From the NCBI GenBank assembly GCA_041495285.1, contig JBGQCJ010000001.1, positions 73,182 to 137,181 of the forward strand: a DNA stretch of 64,000 nt, in the 5' to 3' direction. The notes beneath the pieces were generated by a model. That model did no database searches, had not been told where the DNA came from, and was given only the letters and a program-made list of their open reading frames with translations. The position numbers and the translations under genes are program-made. The DNA is from Verrucomicrobiia bacterium (GTDB lineage Bacteria > Verrucomicrobiota > Verrucomicrobiia > Palsa-1439). Of this stretch, positions 26,147 through 36,377 are shown one piece after another. Positions within the stretch are counted from its first letter, which is position 1; each line of letters opens with the position of its first letter.

Positions 26147-27667
26147 TCAGAGAAAAAAACCGACGCCGGCAACGATAGTATTTCCTCTCGCCAATTGACT
26201 TTCCAGACCGTAACTCTCGGCGCGGATGAAGACCTTGCCCGCGGGCCGGCGCACTCCCAGCTCTCCGAGCCAGTCCGGCGTTTCGTTGCCAATCGAACCG
26301 ATGCCGCGCGTGTAGATAACGTAGCCTTGAATCGTCGCCACGTCCCAGTTCAACCCGAGTTGCGCGGCGAGATTGCCTCGCCCCCGAGAATGATGAAAGT
26401 CGCAACCGATCGTGACGCGCCAATCGAAATCGTTCAGCCACTCGGTTTTCGTCTGGTACATGCTGGGATCGCGGTAGGGGATGTCCCAGCCCAGCGTCTG
26501 CAGTCGCAGACGCATGAGATTGATGCTGTCGTGCTCCAACACCGTTGGAGGCGGAACGCGGGACGCGTCCGGCGCCAGCGCATGGGCGCTGCGGTGCAAA
26601 TATTCCGTGCCGAGCACCAACGGTTGGCCTTGCGACAACAGCGACGCCAGACCGATCTGCGTCTGGCCGCCGAAGCTGACCGAGTAGGAAACGTTGTCGA
26701 AATCTCCAGGCCGGTATTCCTGCCGGGATTCATACCAGAGCACCGCGGTGATCACATGGTCGGCGAGTTTCAGATCGTGCACCTCCGCATTCAATTCGGT
26801 CCGTTGAATGGTGCGGTCGCCGCCGTAACCAACATCGTACTGGCCCCAGACTAGCGGCAGCCAGCCGATCGGTCGGTGGTCGCGGGCGTCAAACACGGTA
26901 TCCTTGTCGAGCGACGCATTGACCTCGACGCCCAACAGCAAACCGGCATCCCGGGTCTCCAAGAACGGATTGCCATCGTTGGCGAACCAGCGGGCATGGA
27001 AGCGCACGCGGTTACCGTTGCCGGACATCACATCCAGCACCGGCCCCACCTTGTACAGCGCATGGAACCGCCCTCCGTCGTTGGATGACTCGACGTCCAC
27101 CGCCAGCTTGAGCGACGGTCGAAACGCCGTTTCCAGCATCTGGCCTTCGGGAAATTCATACACGCGCCATGCCAGATGCAGGTCTGCCCACCAATCGGAA
27201 TTGAGGCTCTCGCGTGATAGATACCCGCCGGCCACCACCGACCACTCCAGCCACGGCAGTTCCCGGCCCACTGGCGAACCGACGCCGGCACCAATCGTAT
27301 ACGCGTGAAGCGAACCGGCGCGGTCTTCAAAGGAACTGTTGCGGTAGCCGCCAATGGCGATCAGGCGCACGTGTTCACCCAACGTGACATCCGCCTCGAT
27401 CTCATGGCGCGAGTACAACAACTGCGTCTGTGACCCTTTCTTCAACACGGGTGTGAACTCGTACGAGCGATACAACAGGGAGAACGGTTCGACGCGATAG
27501 ATGGGCAATTGCACTCGAGTCTCAGCCACGTAGCTATGATCGGAACTGAACAGCCATCCGCCGATCATCGACTCAATTGTTGGCTGCAGCTGGTCCTCGG
27601 CGCACGCCGGCAGGACAAAGCACAAACACGCCAGACCCAGCAGGTTGTTTGTCAATCGCCGTTTCAT
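26147..27667 (-). CDS. Putative outer-membrane beta-barrel protein
   Basis: Signal peptide 'LLGLACLCFVLPACA'. Alternating amphipathic beta-strand pattern throughout. C-terminal '...VGFFL' aromatic terminus typical of OMPs. Confidence 0.4.
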   Translation of the reverse strand: MKRRLTNNLLGLACLCFVLPACAEDQLQPTIESMIGGWLFSSDHSYVAETRVQLPIYRVEPFSLLYRSYEFTPVLKKGSQTQLLYSRHEIEADVTLGEHVRLIAIGGYRNSSFEDRAGSLHAYTIGAGVGSPVGRELPWLEWSVVAGGYLSRESLNSDWWADLHLAWRVYEFPEGQMLETAFRPSLKLAVDVESSNDGGRFHALYKVGPVLDVMSGNGNRVRFHARWFANDGNPFLETRDAGLLLGVEVNASLDKDTVFDARDHRPIGWLPLVWGQYDVGYGGDRTIQRTELNAEVHDLKLADHVITAVLWYESRQEYRPGDFDNVSYSVSFGGQTQIGLASLLSQGQPLVLGTEYLHRSAHALAPDASRVPPPTVLEHDSINLMRLRLQTLGWDIPYRDPSMYQTKTEWLNDFDWRVTIGCDFHHSRGRGNLAAQLGLNWDVATIQGYVIYTRGIGSIGNETPDWLGELGVRRPAGKVFIRAESYGLESQLARGNTIVAGVGFFL

Positions 27668-27711
27668 GCGCAGTTTGTCACGAAATTGATGTTTCAAATT
27701 TTCTCCGTATC

Positions 27712-28971
27712 TCAGCGGATCATCATTTCCCGCGGATCTTCGTCGCGCAACCCGTGGTTCACAAGCAATCGCAACAGCTTTATGCTGTAAGGCGAGGTGG
27801 AGGCCGACCCGAGGAAGATGCGGCCCATGTGTTTGTTGATGTGCGGAAAAGCCAGCCGCATCAGCAGCCGGTCTCGCAACTTTTCCCCGACATTAAATGA
27901 GGTGAACAAGCGCCCATCGTAGAAGTAACTGACAATCTCATGCCAGATTTTGAGATGATGCGTCACTTCCTGTTCGTAGTTTTTGAATGCTTCCGTCGAA
28001 CCTTTCCTGATGGCATCAGCTAGTGCGAATGCGCTGTGCATCCCGATGAACAGTCCACTGGAAAATACCGGGTCAATGAATCCCGCCGTGTCGCCCACCA
28101 ACGCCCAGCCGTCTCCGGTCATCCGGTCGGAGACGAGCTGATAGTTCGTATATTCCATCACCGGCGTCAGACGTTTCGCGTCGCCTGCCACCTTGCGCAA
28201 CATTGAATCCTGCCGCAACAGATTGTCGTAACGCTCCTCCTTCGTCGTCCCAAACTTGGGCAGGAACTCCGAGCCGATGACCACGCCCACCGACACCCGG
28301 CCCGGCAACGGAATCCGCCAGCTCCAACCGTGATCGAGTCGCGTCGAATGAACATACCCCTCGTGGTACAATTGCGTCTTGTCCACATGGGCGAACAGCG
28401 CGGTGTCCTTCCGTCCGCCTTCGTGACCGGGAATATCCAGCAGTTTAGGCAACAGCCTGGCACGTCCCGTCGCATCCACAATCAAGTCCGGTGATTGCGG
28501 GAAAAGACCGCCTATGGCGTCCAGCGTTTCGCGGTTCAAGCGGACTTGGTCGGTGCCGGTTACCCGTTCAGCGCCGGCGGCGGCATCGATCACTGTTGCG
28601 CCCGCCTTTCGCGCCGCCGCCAGCAAGGTCTCTTCAAACTGGATGCGCGGCACGTTATAGGCGTAAGGCGGAAACGATCCGCAAAAATCCTTGAACGCAA
28701 ACGGAAAATCCGCCTGCTCGCCGATGTTGAAACACGCGCCGGGCTTATACCGGCTATAAGCGGCCACCTTCTCTTCCACACCCAGTTTGCGCAGCATCAG
28801 GACGATTGCCGGCACAAGCGATTCGCCCACCAGCAACGGCGCGGTGCGCGGACGGCGCAGCATCGCCACCTTCACCCCCGCGCGGGCGAGCAGGGTGGCC
28901 AGCGAGCTAGCCGCCGGTCCGGCACCGAGGATAACCACGGTGTTAATTCTGCCGTTACGATGCGCGTTCAT
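27712..28971 (-). CDS. Second flavin-dependent halogenase-like FAD monooxygenase
   Basis: 'TVVILGAGPAASS' FAD motif plus a 'GWSWRIPL' WxWxIP signature. The start is set at the internal Met to avoid overlap with the antiporter. Confidence 0.6.
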   Translation of the reverse strand: MNAHRNGRINTVVILGAGPAASSLATLLARAGVKVAMLRRPRTAPLLVGESLVPAIVLMLRKLGVEEKVAAYSRYKPGACFNIGEQADFPFAFKDFCGSFPPYAYNVPRIQFEETLLAAARKAGATVIDAAAGAERVTGTDQVRLNRETLDAIGGLFPQSPDLIVDATGRARLLPKLLDIPGHEGGRKDTALFAHVDKTQLYHEGYVHSTRLDHGWSWRIPLPGRVSVGVVIGSEFLPKFGTTKEERYDNLLRQDSMLRKVAGDAKRLTPVMEYTNYQLVSDRMTGDGWALVGDTAGFIDPVFSSGLFIGMHSAFALADAIRKGSTEAFKNYEQEVTHHLKIWHEIVSYFYDGRLFTSFNVGEKLRDRLLMRLAFPHINKHMGRIFLGSASTSPYSIKLLRLLVNHGLRDEDPREMMIR

Positions 28972-29032
28972 TCTTGAAAAATGCCGGGACGGAGAATAGC
29001 GCACGGCCACAGAAAGGCAATCATGCGGTAGC

Positions 29033-30277
29033 TCATGACCTCCCGCGTGCATGCCGGCCGTAAACCCACTCAAACACTGGAGACGCCATCAGGGTTGTGA
29101 CAATGGCCATCAGTACCATGATGGAGAATAGCGCGGGTTGAATGATGCCCTTTTGCAGGCCGATGTTGAGCATGATTAACTCCATCAGACCGCGTGCATT
29201 CATCAGCGTGCCCACGGCCAGTGCCGTGCGATTGTTTTCGCCGCTGAGTCGCGCTGCAGCCCAACACGCGCCACCTTTGCCTATCATGGCGGCCAGCAAG
29301 ACCAGCAGTGCTATGAGAAGCATGGAGCCGCTGTTCACCAGATCCAGACGCGTGTTGAGTCCGGAAAAGATGAAGAACATCGGCAACAGAAATGCGACCA
29401 CGAAAGGTTCGAGTTTCGCCGTCAATTCTTTCGTGAACGCCCCGCGCGGCATGGCGACCCCCAGCAAGAATCCACCGAACACAGTGTGCATGCCGATGGC
29501 GTCCGTAGTCCACGCAGCCAGGCAGAACAACATCAATGTGATGGCCAACTGCGTTGAGGTGATTCTGCCTTCGCGTTCGGCGGCAGCGCCCAGCCGTCCA
29601 AGTAGTTTGCGTCCAATGGTGAGTATCAACACACCGTAAGCGATGCCGCCACCGATGGCCTTTACGGCAACCATCGCGCCGCCACCGAAATTCGCGATGA
29701 CGATGGCGAGAACGCACCAAGCCGCCGTGTCGTCAATCGCGCCAGCCGACAACGCGAGCGTTCCCAAAGTTGTGCCGGTAAAGCCGCGCTCATGAATGAT
29801 CCGCGCCATCACCGGAAAGGCCGTAACGGACATGGCTGCGCCGAGGAAAAGGACGGCATCGAAGCCCGTCGTCTCTTCTGCAAAGAAGAGACCGGTCTGT
29901 TTGTGCAGCCAAAGGGCGAACAGCGCTCCAAGCGCGAACGGTGCGAGCATTCCAGAAACGCTCACCGCGACAGCGCTGCGCATTCGGCTTCGAAACAACG
30001 CCATCTCAAATTTCACCCCAACAAGAAACATATAGAGACCGATACCGAGTTGTGCGCCGACGAAAAGCACCTTGAGCGAGTCGGGTGGAAAAATCAGTTT
30101 TTGCGCGTCCGGCCAGAACAACCCGAAAAGGGACGGCCCCATGAGCACCCCGGCGATCATTTCGCCGACTACCTGTGGTTGGCCGATACGCCGGGCCAGC
30201 GCGCCAACGACGCGGCAAACGGCAAGAATCAAAAACATTTGCAGGAAAAATGCGACGGAAAGTTGCGGGCCGGTCAT
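29033..30277 (-). CDS. Monovalent cation:proton antiporter (CPA2, KefB/NapA-like)
   Basis: About 12 TM helices. The N-terminal 'QPQVVGEMIAGVLMGPSLFG' is characteristic of the Na_H_Exchanger family. Confidence 0.75.
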   Translation of the reverse strand: MTGPQLSVAFFLQMFLILAVCRVVGALARRIGQPQVVGEMIAGVLMGPSLFGLFWPDAQKLIFPPDSLKVLFVGAQLGIGLYMFLVGVKFEMALFRSRMRSAVAVSVSGMLAPFALGALFALWLHKQTGLFFAEETTGFDAVLFLGAAMSVTAFPVMARIIHERGFTGTTLGTLALSAGAIDDTAAWCVLAIVIANFGGGAMVAVKAIGGGIAYGVLILTIGRKLLGRLGAAAEREGRITSTQLAITLMLFCLAAWTTDAIGMHTVFGGFLLGVAMPRGAFTKELTAKLEPFVVAFLLPMFFIFSGLNTRLDLVNSGSMLLIALLVLLAAMIGKGGACWAAARLSGENNRTALAVGTLMNARGLMELIMLNIGLQKGIIQPALFSIMVLMAIVTTLMASPVFEWVYGRHARGRS

Positions 30278-30380
30278 GCGCGGATATCCCCAAATGTTAT
30301 GCCGTGTCGAGGCCAGTGTGCCAGCCACCAGTCCACCACCGAAGATGACTTCGGAATGGATCTTGAGGTGCGTCGGTCGT

Positions 30381-31196
30381 CTATTTCCTTCCCTCCAGGA
30401 CCATGCGGAAAAACCAATGATGCCGGTTGATTTGAAAGCGACGCAACCCCGCTTGCCGCGCCAGCGCCCGTAGTTCGCGAACGGTAAACGCCGCGCGACA
30501 GGACTGTGGCGCGTCATGGCAAACAATCGGGCTTCTGATCACGGTGTGCGTCAACAGTTCCGTTGACCAGATGGCCAGCCAGTTGCGGCGCAGATCATTT
30601 ACCACGTAGCCCAGACGCGACATCTCCTGCATGCGCTGCAGAATCGTCACGGCGTCCGCCGAGGCAAAATGATGAAGCGCCAGCGAACACAACACGAGAT
30701 CGAAACTGTCTGCCGCATAAGGCAGGGCTAGGAGGTCGTGACGCTTCAGCCGGATTTCAGGCCAGTCCCGACACGATTCCTGAGCGATTTGGAGGACATC
30801 GGGATTGCCATCCACCGCTGTGATGGCGACGGGCAGTTGGTGTTGCCTGGCCCAGGCCACGATGGCGCGGGGAATGTCTGCGACGCCCGTCCCCAAATCG
30901 AGGATGCTCAACGATGACCGCCGGGTCGGACTGAGAAGTCGCTGCACGTACTGAAGCATCAATTGATGCCCCCCAGAACGCCGATTCATGGATTCCAGTA
31001 TCTGCAATTCCTCCCGCAGCAACACGCGATCGATGCCGGGCCGGTCCATCAGTTCCGGGTAATTCGGGTCGAAGCATCGCGGCGGCGCGAACAGGTTCAT
31101 CCCGTTGGAACCAAAAGCGACTTGCGAGACGGACTGTCGGGTTGACTGCAACGAGCGTTGGTGCCCCACGGCCTGTCCCTCCTTCAGTAAGTCCAT
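30381..31196 (-). CDS. Class I SAM-dependent methyltransferase
   Basis: 'ILDLGTGVADIP' motif I and 'DLVLCSLALHH' motif II/III. Confidence 0.65.
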   Translation of the reverse strand: MDLLKEGQAVGHQRSLQSTRQSVSQVAFGSNGMNLFAPPRCFDPNYPELMDRPGIDRVLLREELQILESMNRRSGGHQLMLQYVQRLLSPTRRSSLSILDLGTGVADIPRAIVAWARQHQLPVAITAVDGNPDVLQIAQESCRDWPEIRLKRHDLLALPYAADSFDLVLCSLALHHFASADAVTILQRMQEMSRLGYVVNDLRRNWLAIWSTELLTHTVIRSPIVCHDAPQSCRAAFTVRELRALARQAGLRRFQINRHHWFFRMVLEGRK

Positions 31197-31391
31197 GCCC
31201 GATGAGACTAACGCGTCTCACGGACAAAGGCAATCCCGGCAGTCGACCGACAATTCCGGAGACTGGTCGTAGGGTAAACAAACACGTTCGTCGTGATCAC
31301 CAAGGGCCAATTAGGACACTACCGAACGATTGGCAGAGGTGTAGCCGGCGGGGGTTATTCGTGTTAAATTCGCCCGTTTCGTATCGCAGCC

Positions 31392-31520
31392 ATGGTCGAG
31401 TACTTACGCCTGATTGGTAAAGATTTGTTCACCGGCAACTGGCACAGCCCGGAGACGCTGGTCGTGGTGGTCATTATTGCCGGGCTCATCGTCATCGGCT
31501 ATCTCATCGCGAGGAAGTGA
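31392..31520 (+). CDS. Possible 42-aa single-TM small protein (not in the ORF track, below its size cut-off)
   Basis: ATG at 31392, then 'MVEYLRLIGKDLFTGNWHSPETLVVVVIIAGLIVIGYLIARK*', in an otherwise gene-free 300-nt gap. Speculative. Confidence 0.2.
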   Translation: MVEYLRLIGKDLFTGNWHSPETLVVVVIIAGLIVIGYLIARK

Positions 31521-32073
31521 AGTCGTCATCCAAGTAGTCCCGTTGGACAATTCCTTGAATCGTTAGTTGCGACGGGTCGGTCTTGATTCGTTGGATCGGG
31601 TCGCCGGCGCCGACTTCGCCTTCTTCGAGCACGCGCAGGTAAAAGCCGGTACGACCACTGGCCAGAAACGGTTTGGCCAACCGGAAGTTGTTCATCTTCG
31701 TCATCAGCTTGAAGCACGGCACGCGGGGCCGGGTCACTTGCACGAGCGCACCGCCGACGCGAAACACGTCGCCGACGCGCACTTCGGCCTCCAACAAACC
31801 CTCGGTCGTAAAGTTTTCTCCAAACTGACCGAAACTGAAATCGTTCCGGCTCAATTCGCGTGACCAATACGCATAATGTTCGTGCGCATAAATGTACACA
31901 GCTTGGTCCGGCCCGCCGTGGACTTTGAGGTCGGCCTGCTGATCGCCGTCAACATTCAGCGTGCGCACCATCACGCGTCCAGACACCGGCATCTTGTAAA
32001 TCCCGGTCATGACCTTCTGGCCGCGGTAGGCCATTTCCTGCGGAAGCGATACATTGACGGAAAGCAGCTTCAT
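31504..32073 (-). CDS. MOSC-domain protein (YcbX/YiiM-like)
   Basis: 'DGDQQADLKVHGGPDQAVYIY' and 'QVTRPRVPCFKL' (the conserved Cys of the MOSC domain). Confidence 0.7.
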   Translation of the reverse strand: MKLLSVNVSLPQEMAYRGQKVMTGIYKMPVSGRVMVRTLNVDGDQQADLKVHGGPDQAVYIYAHEHYAYWSRELSRNDFSFGQFGENFTTEGLLEAEVRVGDVFRVGGALVQVTRPRVPCFKLMTKMNNFRLAKPFLASGRTGFYLRVLEEGEVGAGDPIQRIKTDPSQLTIQGIVQRDYLDDDFTSSR

Positions 32074-34355
32074 CAGTGTTTGGCCATCTCCCGCATCCGC
32101 ACGGGCGATGCCGGCAACTTGTCCAAGATGATTTCATTACCGCGACCGTACCGGCCGAAGGACAGCACGCCGGTTGGACACTCCTGCACGCAAGCCGAGC
32201 ACCGAACGCACTCGGGGTCTTCCATTGGCATTCCCTTGTTCGCGAAATTCATGATGTCAATGCCCTGATGGCAGACCGAGGTGCACACGTTGCACGAGAT
32301 GCACTTCGATTTCTCCGAAAAAATGCGGAAGCGCGCGAACCGCGCGTAGATGTGCATCAGCGCCGCCAACGGACACGCGAACCGGCACCAAACGCGTCCG
32401 CTAAACCAGAAATACATGCCGACACCGACGATGCCCGCCAAGAAAATGTCGACGACGTGGTAGTAGTTCAGCTCGACGCCGAAAACTGACCAACTCGACA
32501 ACAGACCTTGATAGACACGCCCTGCCAGACCGCCCGGCCACGTCCAACTCACAATCCGCAGCGCAAACAACAGAAACGCGATCACCAGAATCACCTGCCC
32601 GGTCATGTTCAGGCGATTCCACAGCGGACCGTGAGGCATTTTCTGACGGTGCCGATCTCCGAGCGTCTCGGCCAGCGCGCCGCACGAACAAATCCAACCG
32701 CAGTACGCGCCCTTGCCCCAACGCCGGATGATGAGCGGGATGATGACGAAGGTCTGGACCGCGCCAATCCAGAGCCACCACCACATCGGGTACGGCGTGA
32801 AAAAGTTCCAGATGAACAGCGGCCAGGCGAGGATCAGCCCGAACGCGCGCCAATACTCCCGCCCCTGACCGTAATTCACGGCCGGAAACAGATTGTCCGC
32901 GATGGTTTTTCCAACGCCCGCATCGAACCATCCCCAGCGCCCCATGTACGGCAGCACAATGTACGGCAACAAAAACAGTGGGATGCACTGAATCGCCATC
33001 AGGGCCAGCGTCTGCACCTTCACATACGGCGTCATGCGACGCTTCATGCGCCCGATTCCGAACAGCACGACGCACGTGCAATACGCCAGCGTGTAGTAGA
33101 ACCCCGGCTCGCGCAGCGACACGCCCAGCGGACCGAGCGCCTCGATGCTTAGATTGTAAGGAAACCAGTTGTGACGTTGAAATGCCCGATTCAGCGTCCC
33201 GCCTGACTTCCAGTTGTAGAGAAACACGCAGAACGCGAGAAACAATAGGAAAACGATCCACGTCTTCGCCGTCCACTCCCCGCGAATCGCAATTCCGGAA
33301 CGACGGAAGAAATCCAACGGTGCTTCCCGGCCGATCATTACGAAGACGACATCGTTCTTGATGGTTTCGCCATTCACGACGACCGAGTCCGGCCGGATTT
33401 CTTTCACATTGGTCGCCATCATCAACCGCAACGAGCCGGCCGCGTGCGGTCCGGCCCTGTCGGAATCCATCGCCGTCGTCACGCGCTCGGAAGTCGGATG
33501 CTCGACTGCTGCCGGCGCCATCGGATTTTTCTCCAGCCTCCGAATCTTCTCGATGTTCTCCGGTTTCGGTCGCGAAAACTCCTTGTTCCGGTAACTCAAC
33601 ACCACGAGCGCGCCGCAAATCGCCAGCGCGATGGCTGTCTCCAGCGCCGAGTCGCCGCCGCCAACCACGAGCGCGTTCTTACCGGCATACTCCTGCGGGT
33701 CGTAGAGGCGATTGTAAACTTTATCGAGGTTCTCGCCCGGTACGCCGAGCTTCCGGTAATTGCCGCTGCGACCGATGGCGACGATCACGCGCTTGGCCCG
33801 GATTTTTCCATTCAACAACAACTCACCGGCCTTGCGTTCGATTTTCTCGATGCGCGCCGGTGTGACTTCGATGCCGGCAGCTTTGCGTTGCGCCTCCAAC
33901 TCGTCGAGCAACGTTTCCTTTACGTCGGCGGTCAGCTTCATCTGACCCGCCGGCACCATGTCGGTCGGATACGTGTAAATCGGTTTGGCTTTTGGGAAGT
34001 TAACGATCGTGGAAAACGTCTGTGTCGCCTCGAACACTTTGAACTTCAGGCCGGCCTTCTTCGCTTCGAGCGCCGCGGAGATGCCGGACACGCCCGCGCC
34101 GACAATCGCCAGATCAAGCACCTCACCGGCACCGCTGCCGCGCTTGAAGTCCGGTTCGCGCAGAATCGCCTGCACAGCGCGCGCGCCGGTGTCAGCGGAA
34201 AATTTCAAGAGCGGAATGCCGGTGAGATCGCCGGTGATGCGTACTCCCGGCACCGTGGTCGCGCCGTCCGGGCCGACCTCCGGCAGTTTCTCGACCGTGC
34301 CCGCCGGCCAGCGTGTGTGCAGCCAATGGACGTAATGCGAAATGGGATTCGTCAC
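32073..34355 (-). CDS. FAD/NAD(P)-binding oxidoreductase fused to polytopic membrane 4Fe-4S polyferredoxin (NapH/MauN-like)
   Basis: N-terminal 'LAIVGAGVSGISAALEA' and second Rossmann motif 'ALVVGGGDSALE'. C-terminal ~6 TM with 'CGWICSCGA' and 'CISCNVCTSVCH...CVRCSACVQECP' ferredoxin clusters. Confidence 0.6.
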   Translation of the reverse strand: MTNPISHYVHWLHTRWPAGTVEKLPEVGPDGATTVPGVRITGDLTGIPLLKFSADTGARAVQAILREPDFKRGSGAGEVLDLAIVGAGVSGISAALEAKKAGLKFKVFEATQTFSTIVNFPKAKPIYTYPTDMVPAGQMKLTADVKETLLDELEAQRKAAGIEVTPARIEKIERKAGELLLNGKIRAKRVIVAIGRSGNYRKLGVPGENLDKVYNRLYDPQEYAGKNALVVGGGDSALETAIALAICGALVVLSYRNKEFSRPKPENIEKIRRLEKNPMAPAAVEHPTSERVTTAMDSDRAGPHAAGSLRLMMATNVKEIRPDSVVVNGETIKNDVVFVMIGREAPLDFFRRSGIAIRGEWTAKTWIVFLLFLAFCVFLYNWKSGGTLNRAFQRHNWFPYNLSIEALGPLGVSLREPGFYYTLAYCTCVVLFGIGRMKRRMTPYVKVQTLALMAIQCIPLFLLPYIVLPYMGRWGWFDAGVGKTIADNLFPAVNYGQGREYWRAFGLILAWPLFIWNFFTPYPMWWWLWIGAVQTFVIIPLIIRRWGKGAYCGWICSCGALAETLGDRHRQKMPHGPLWNRLNMTGQVILVIAFLLFALRIVSWTWPGGLAGRVYQGLLSSWSVFGVELNYYHVVDIFLAGIVGVGMYFWFSGRVWCRFACPLAALMHIYARFARFRIFSEKSKCISCNVCTSVCHQGIDIMNFANKGMPMEDPECVRCSACVQECPTGVLSFGRYGRGNEIILDKLPASPVRMREMAKH

Positions 34356-35689
34356 ACCACGCCTTGATCGAGCATCGCCTCGGCGACCTTGTGGAAGCCG
34401 GCAATGTTCGCGCCGTCCACGTAGTTAATGAAGCCGCCGGGCTGCGTGCCGTAGCGGACGCATTGGTTGTGGATGGCTTTCATGATTTCCAGCAACCGTT
34501 TGTCCACTTCATCGCTGCTCCACTGCAGGCGCAGACTGTTTTGCGACATCTCCAAACCGCTCACTGACACGCCGCCGGCGTTGGCGGCCTTGCCGGGGCC
34601 GAAGAGGATCTTCGCGGCAAGAAACACGTCCACCGCCTCGAGGGTGCTCGGCATGTTGGCGCCCTCGGCGACGCAGATGCAGCCGTTGTGCACCAACTCC
34701 TTCGCTTCGGCGCCGCTGATTTCGTTTTGCGTGGCGCACGGCAACGCGATGTCGCACTTCACGCCCCATGGGTGTTTACCTTCGACGTACTGACACTTGA
34801 ATTGCTTGGCGTATTCGCTGATGCGGCCGCGCCGGACATTCTTGAGGTCCTTCAAGAACGCGAGCTTCTCGCCATTGATGCCCTCGGGATCGTGGATGAA
34901 GCCATTGGAATCGGAAAACGTGACGACCTTCGCGCCCATCAGCAGCGCCTTCTCGGCGGCGTACTGCGCAACGTTGCCGGAACCCGAGATGACGACAATC
35001 TTATCCATCAACGACTCGCCGCGGGTGCGCAACATTTCCTCAACGAAATAGAGCAGGCCGTAGCCGGTCGCCTCTTCGCGGATGCGGCTGCCGCTCCAGT
35101 TGATGCCCTTACCTGTCAACACGCCGGTAAACTCGTTGCGTAACTTCTTGTATTGCCCGAAGAGATAGCCGATCTCGCGTCCACCCACGCCAATGTCACC
35201 CGCCGGCACGTCGGTATTCGGGCCAATATGCCGGGAGAGCTCGGTCATAAAATTCTGGCAGAACCACATCACTTCCTCGTCGGATTTGCCTTTCGGATCG
35301 AAATCCGAACCGCCCTTGCCACCGCCCATCGGCAGCGTCGTCAGCGCGTTCTTAAAGACCTGCTCGAACGCCAGAAACTTCAGCGTCCCCAGCGTGACCG
35401 ATGGATGAAACCGCAGCCCGCCCTTGTACGGGCCGATGGCGCTGTTCATCTGCACCCGGTAACCGCGATTGACCTGCACCTCGCCGTGACTGTCCACCCA
35501 TTCCACGCGAAACATGACCACGCGCTCCGGCTCGACGATGCGCTCCATGATTTTGGCTTTTCGATATTTCGGGTTCTTCTCGACGAACGGCCAGACCGAC
35601 TTGGCCACTTCCGTGACCGCTTGATGAAATTCCGTCTCGGCCGGATACCGCGCGACCAACTTCGCCAGAAAATCAGCCATCTCGTTTGA
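34352..35689 (-). CDS. gdhA: NADP-specific glutamate dehydrogenase
   Basis: 'LPMGGGKGGSDFDPKGKSD', the Glu/Leu/Phe/Val dehydrogenase active-site Lys region. Full-length match to GdhA architecture. Confidence 0.9.
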   Translation of the reverse strand, partial: SNEMADFLAKLVARYPAETEFHQAVTEVAKSVWPFVEKNPKYRKAKIMERIVEPERVVMFRVEWVDSHGEVQVNRGYRVQMNSAIGPYKGGLRFHPSVTLGTLKFLAFEQVFKNALTTLPMGGGKGGSDFDPKGKSDEEVMWFCQNFMTELSRHIGPNTDVPAGDIGVGGREIGYLFGQYKKLRNEFTGVLTGKGINWSGSRIREEATGYGLLYFVEEMLRTRGESLMDKIVVISGSGNVAQYAAEKALLMGAKVVTFSDSNGFIHDPEGINGEKLAFLKDLKNVRRGRISEYAKQFKCQYVEGKHPWGVKCDIALPCATQNEISGAEAKELVHNGCICVAEGANMPSTLEAVDVFLAAKILFGPGKAANAGGVSVSGLEMSQNSLRLQWSSDEVDKRLLEIMKAIHNQCVRYGTQPGGFINYVDGANIAGFHKVAEAMLDQGVV

Positions 35690-35946
35690 CATATGCATAG
35701 TCTCCCCGGGGTGAACAACAACCCCATTTCACGCCTTGCGCGGCGTTCCGTCAACACTCTTTCGTGACAGTGCATCACGCCGCCCTTGCCCAGAACCAAT
35801 GGAGTGGTTGTTGCCGAGAGAAGTTCTGAGACTCTCGCGCCAGCCCGGATCTGCGTGCGTCTGGCTCAAAGCTCGATCCGCAAAGCTATGAACGGCGACG
35901 GCTGTTTGCAGCCGCGTTGGAAGGCCCGTAGATCAGTCCTGCATAA

Positions 35947-36375
35947 CTAAGGCAGACTCCAATCAAAGAGGCGTTTCACTTGCCCGATGTTGGCAATCGC
36001 GTGATCCTTGTCATCTGCCGTCGTAGTCGTCCAAGGATAAGCGTTCGTGTAGCCGGTTTCGATGAGGCGGTCATAGAAAACCTTGGCTAGATTCTTCAAC
36101 TGACCGACATTGACCGCCCGGTAATTGTTGGTGGGAGAGAAACTATTGATCATCGCTGTCACGTTTGAACCAGCGCCACCCAGCAGCTTCGTTTCCATTT
36201 CCAAGTACGCATGATACGAGACATTCTTCACTTGGCCTTGGTTGACAGCAGCAAAGTCATTCGTGGTAACGCCGGACTTAAGAACGTCATTTGTCCACCA
36301 AGCGGGCCCCGCCGCGTGTACGACGGACGATGTCAACATGCAACCAACGAGGGCGAATTTGAGTCTTCGTCTCAT
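35947..36375 (-). CDS. Hypothetical secreted protein
   Basis: 142 aa with a signal peptide. No motif recognised. Confidence 0.35.
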   Translation of the reverse strand: MRRRLKFALVGCMLTSSVVHAAGPAWWTNDVLKSGVTTNDFAAVNQGQVKNVSYHAYLEMETKLLGGAGSNVTAMINSFSPTNNYRAVNVGQLKNLAKVFYDRLIETGYTNAYPWTTTTADDKDHAIANIGQVKRLFDWSLP

Positions 36376-36377
36376 GG

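Noticed and set aside
26039-26854. 271-aa plus-strand ORF
   Set aside because: Entirely antisense to the longer outer-membrane-protein-like gene (26147..27667), with an Arg/His/Gln-rich composition typical of high-GC shadow ORFs.
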